DNA from: Candidatus Pampinifervens sinense | GTDB lineage: Bacteria > Aquificota > Aquificia > Aquificales > Aquificaceae | DNA: 64,000 bases | Direction of reading: 5' to 3' | NCBI GenBank assembly: GCA_037927135.1 | Contig: JAXSPP010000005.1 | Coordinates: 1-64,000 of the forward strand | Part shown: positions 60,935-64,000 of the stretch, piece after piece | Position numbering within the stretch: the stretch's first letter is position 1 | Layout: every line of letters begins with the position of its first letter | The notes under the pieces: model-generated | Database searches by the model: none | What the model saw: only the letters and a program-made list of their open reading frames with translations | What the model was told of the DNA's origin: nothing | Made by a program: the position numbers and the translations under genes

Positions 60935-62502
60935 GGCAAGGGTAGCCTTAGGCCACCAAGTATGTATTTAAGGTCGTTGTCTGTGAACATAAGACCCACA
61001 CCACCAAAAACACCCCTTAGCTTTGAATTAAGAAGATCATCTCCACCAAGCCTTACATAAAGGGGTCCACCGACTTTGTAGTTCACACCCACCTGTAGGT
61101 TCGGCTTAAGATCCTTATCATAAGGCCTATCCTTCCTGCCAAAGTCCCAAAGGTCCGAAGTTATCATAAGCCTTTCTGAAAGGATAAGATCAGTTCCTAT
61201 ACCGCCCGTAGACTCTTTAAGCCCTCCCCTTATCACCAATCTTGTATTATTAAAGAAAGGGAAGACCCTAGCATACTGTATGGTAAACTCTGGCTTAAAC
61301 TCCTTCTTTATCACCCATTGATTAGGAAGGATCTCTTCCTTGTAAACCCTTCCCCTTGAATCTCCTACAATTTCCAAAAGGTAATACTTTTCCTCATCAG
61401 GTTGAAGCTTCACTGTAAGTATACCCTTAGAATCACCACCCTTGTATAGCTCACCCCTAAAGCCTATGTAAAGATTGGTTTTATCCGCCACCTCACCTGC
61501 CTTGCTAAAAACTTTCACACCAGATGCCATATTACGGTAGAGCTCCTCATCCTTTATAAGCTTACCCAGGGTACCCTCACCTCTTTCTATGGTTGCAAGT
61601 ATGTTATTTAACTTTTCAGAGCTATCCTTTAGGGACCTTGTGAGTTCAGAAAGGTTAGAAATGGTAGTTCTTATATCCTGCCTGTTTTCCACCACGAGAG
61701 TATTGAGATTTTTTGAAAGTTCATTGAGGTTTGTGATTAGCTCCGGAAGGTTGGTCTTTAAACTATGACTCAAAACCCTTAAATTTTCCACAGCTTCCTT
61801 AATGTCCTGCCTGTTTTCTATGGCCATAGCATTAAGGGTTTGAGCTAACCTGTCTATGCTTTCTATAGTTTGAGGAAGCGTCCTGTTTAGGTTATAGGCA
61901 AGTAGGTTTATATTTCTTATAGCTCCTCTTAAAGCCTCTCTGTTTTCTAAAACTACAAGGTTAAGGTTGTAGCTTAAAGCTTCAAGGTTTTGAACAACCT
62001 TTCTTATATCCTCTCTGTTTTCAGAAAGGATAAGATGCAACGTTTCCATCATAAGCTTTAGGCTTTCAGAAGCCAAAGTCATCTCCTTTATAAGCTTATC
62101 TGTATCCGCATAACCTACACCCCTTATAGCTTCCCCTTCCTTTAGCGCTCCAGCCTGAGGACTGCCAGGGTATACATTCAAATACTTATCCCCCATAAGC
62201 CCTAACGTTCCTATCTCCGCCCTAGCATCCTTATATATGACAATATCCCTATCAAGGTCAAAGACCACCTCCACCTTCCCATCATCCCTTAAGGCAATAG
62301 ACCTTACCTTTCCACTCTTTATACCCGCAACCCTTACCTCCGCACCTTCTCTCAAACCAGCCACATCATCAAAGTAAGCCCTGTAGCTTTTTACAGAAGG
62401 TCTAAAAAAAGGTATTTCACCAAAGGTTAGAACAAGGAAGGCAAAGCCTAAGGAAAATAGGACGACAAGAAAGCCTACCTTGGCTTCCTCTGTAAACTTC
62501 AT
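60931..62502 (-). CDS. MlaD/MCE-domain protein with long helical region and C-terminal beta domain
   Basis: EAKVG TM, GLREGAEVRVAGI, GLMGDKY, GEGTLGKL. Confidence 0.88.
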   Translation of the reverse strand: MKFTEEAKVGFLVVLFSLGFAFLVLTFGEIPFFRPSVKSYRAYFDDVAGLREGAEVRVAGIKSGKVRSIALRDDGKVEVVFDLDRDIVIYKDARAEIGTLGLMGDKYLNVYPGSPQAGALKEGEAIRGVGYADTDKLIKEMTLASESLKLMMETLHLILSENREDIRKVVQNLEALSYNLNLVVLENREALRGAIRNINLLAYNLNRTLPQTIESIDRLAQTLNAMAIENRQDIKEAVENLRVLSHSLKTNLPELITNLNELSKNLNTLVVENRQDIRTTISNLSELTRSLKDSSEKLNNILATIERGEGTLGKLIKDEELYRNMASGVKVFSKAGEVADKTNLYIGFRGELYKGGDSKGILTVKLQPDEEKYYLLEIVGDSRGRVYKEEILPNQWVIKKEFKPEFTIQYARVFPFFNNTRLVIRGGLKESTGGIGTDLILSERLMITSDLWDFGRKDRPYDKDLKPNLQVGVNYKVGGPLYVRLGGDDLLNSKLRGVFGGVGLMFTDNDLKYILGGLRLPLP

Positions 62503-62549
62503 GATTTAATTATATTCCCAAATGGGCTTTGTTGTATACTTTATACAGA

Positions 62550-63440
62550 ATGCAGGCTATTATAAGCCTGGGAATTATCCTAATCTTCTGCCTTTTGGGT
62601 TTGCACTTTAGGGAAACCTTTGTAGCTCTAAAGTCCTTTGTAGTTCCTTTATTGGCCCTTGTTATGTTAAGCATGGGGCTTACTATGAACTTTGATAACC
62701 TTTTGGAAACTTTAAGAAAACCCTTTAGAGTAGCCTATGGAGCCTTCCTTCAGTTTACTATCATGCCCCTTCTTGGATATGGGCTCGCCTACCTTATGCG
62801 TATGGAGGAAGAACTAACTGTAGGCACAGTCCTTGTAGGTTCTGCTCCTGGTGGGACGGCTTCCAATGTGATAACTTATCTCTCTAAAGGTGACTTGGCC
62901 TATTCGGTTAGCATGACAGCTCTCTCCACACTGCTTTCACCCATTATGACCCCCTTTTTGACCTATCTCTTGGTAGGCAAAAAAGTAGATGTGCCCTTTT
63001 TAGACATGTTTAAGGATCTCATCTTAGTGGTAGTTCTTCCTGTGCTATTTGGGATCCTTTTAAAAGGCTTTATGCCTTCCTTAAAGCTCATTGAAAAGCT
63101 TTTACCTTATTTAGCCGTAGGTGCAATAGGTATGATAATAGCCACAGTATTGGCTTTAAATTATGAAAGGTTAGAGGGTGTTAGCTTAAAGGTCTTTCTT
63201 GTGGTACTTTTGCACAACCTTTTAGGCTTTCTTTTGGGCTATATCTTTGGTCGTTTGGCCGGCCTTGATAAAACGATGGCAAAAACGCTGTCTATAGAAG
63301 TAGGTATTCAAAACTCTGGCCTGGCTGTGGTGCTTGCGCTAAAGTATTTCTCCCCCCTCTCTGCCCTGCCTGGAGCCCTCTTTAGCCTCCTCCAGAACAT
63401 AAACGGAATTATCCTTTCTATAATATACAGAAGGCTATGA
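62550..63440 (+). CDS. bile acid:sodium symporter (BASS) family transporter
   Basis: MLSMGLT, QFTIMP, PGGTASN, SIEVGIQNSGLA. Confidence 0.9.
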   Translation: MQAIISLGIILIFCLLGLHFRETFVALKSFVVPLLALVMLSMGLTMNFDNLLETLRKPFRVAYGAFLQFTIMPLLGYGLAYLMRMEEELTVGTVLVGSAPGGTASNVITYLSKGDLAYSVSMTALSTLLSPIMTPFLTYLLVGKKVDVPFLDMFKDLILVVVLPVLFGILLKGFMPSLKLIEKLLPYLAVGAIGMIIATVLALNYERLEGVSLKVFLVVLLHNLLGFLLGYIFGRLAGLDKTMAKTLSIEVGIQNSGLAVVLALKYFSPLSALPGALFSLLQNINGIILSIIYRRL

Positions 63441-64000
63441 AAAAGCTTTTGCTTTTCTTCATTCCTCTTTTGCTATCTTCATGTTCTATAACGGTAAGGG
63501 AGGCTCAAACCTATCTTAAGGTCCACTGTCCATCAACTGTGTACACCGATGGCTTTTACTGCAAGGACAGCAGATCATACAGCAATCTTCTTCAAAGTGG
63601 AAGTAGGGTAAGGGTTATAAGCCTTAAAACTGGAAAAAGTATAACTACAGCCGTCTTTAGAAGGGAGGATATAAAGGGTATATGCGTTCCAGAGAGGTTT
63701 AGAGATATGCTAGGTGTGGAGCCTTTCCAGCAAGGCTTGAAGTGGAAAGGTGCGGTATAGATGACAGAAGAGAATGTCCTGCTTACATAAGGGGCCTTGC
63801 CAGCTATTATGGGGAAGACTACCATGGAAGGGAGATTCCTTATGGAATTTCTTATGATATGCATGGCCTTTATGCGGCAAGTCCAGATTTGCCCCTTGGC
63901 ACGCTCCTTAAGGTAAAAAATTTAAAGAACGGTAAAGAGGTGGTTGTAAAAGTAATAGACAGGGGGCCTTTTAAAGGTAATAGGGTTTTGGACCTCTCTT
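63437..64000 (+). pseudogene. rlpA: RlpA-family lipoprotein interrupted by a frameshift near 63725 (runs off the window end)
   Basis: Lipobox LSSC in the first frame; the -1 frame continues ...GLASYYGEDYHG...LPLGTLLKVKNLKNGKEVVVKVIDRGPF...LDLS (DPBB domain). Confidence 0.75.

Overview
64 kb of gene-dense bacterial chromosome, most consistent with an Aquificaceae thermophile (Hydrogenobacter/Thermocrinis-like). This assignment is an inference from the split LeuRS alpha chain, a Hydrogenobacter-type cytochrome c552, an Aquifex-type DnaC and tRNAs lacking encoded CCA. Most genes are housekeeping (dnaX, clpC, smc, leuS, radA, hisS, hemA, murA, pyrF, queC, murI, ispG, nadA, dnaK, purM, bamA, flgDE, lpxA, glmU), with tRNA-Leu(CAA) and tRNA-Lys(TTT). 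I found no CRISPR array, transposase or integrase. The most striking signal is a 270-bp segment (12791-13060) bounded by a perfect 20-bp inverted repeat. It carries a TTGACA-N17-TAATAT promoter that currently points away from an orphan surface-lipoprotein gene and would drive that gene if flipped, so it is a candidate phase-variable invertible promoter. Other observations: a dnaX A_AAA_AAG heptamer plus hairpin (candidate -1 frameshift), pervasive leaderless-type -10 boxes, FNR/DNR-like boxes at class II positions, a putative Fur-regulated porin/FMN-protein iron-uptake cassette, a G-quadruplex-plus-U-tract after flgE, an unlisted 58-aa ORF and a frameshifted rlpA. All product calls come from motif recognition by eye; no searches were run.
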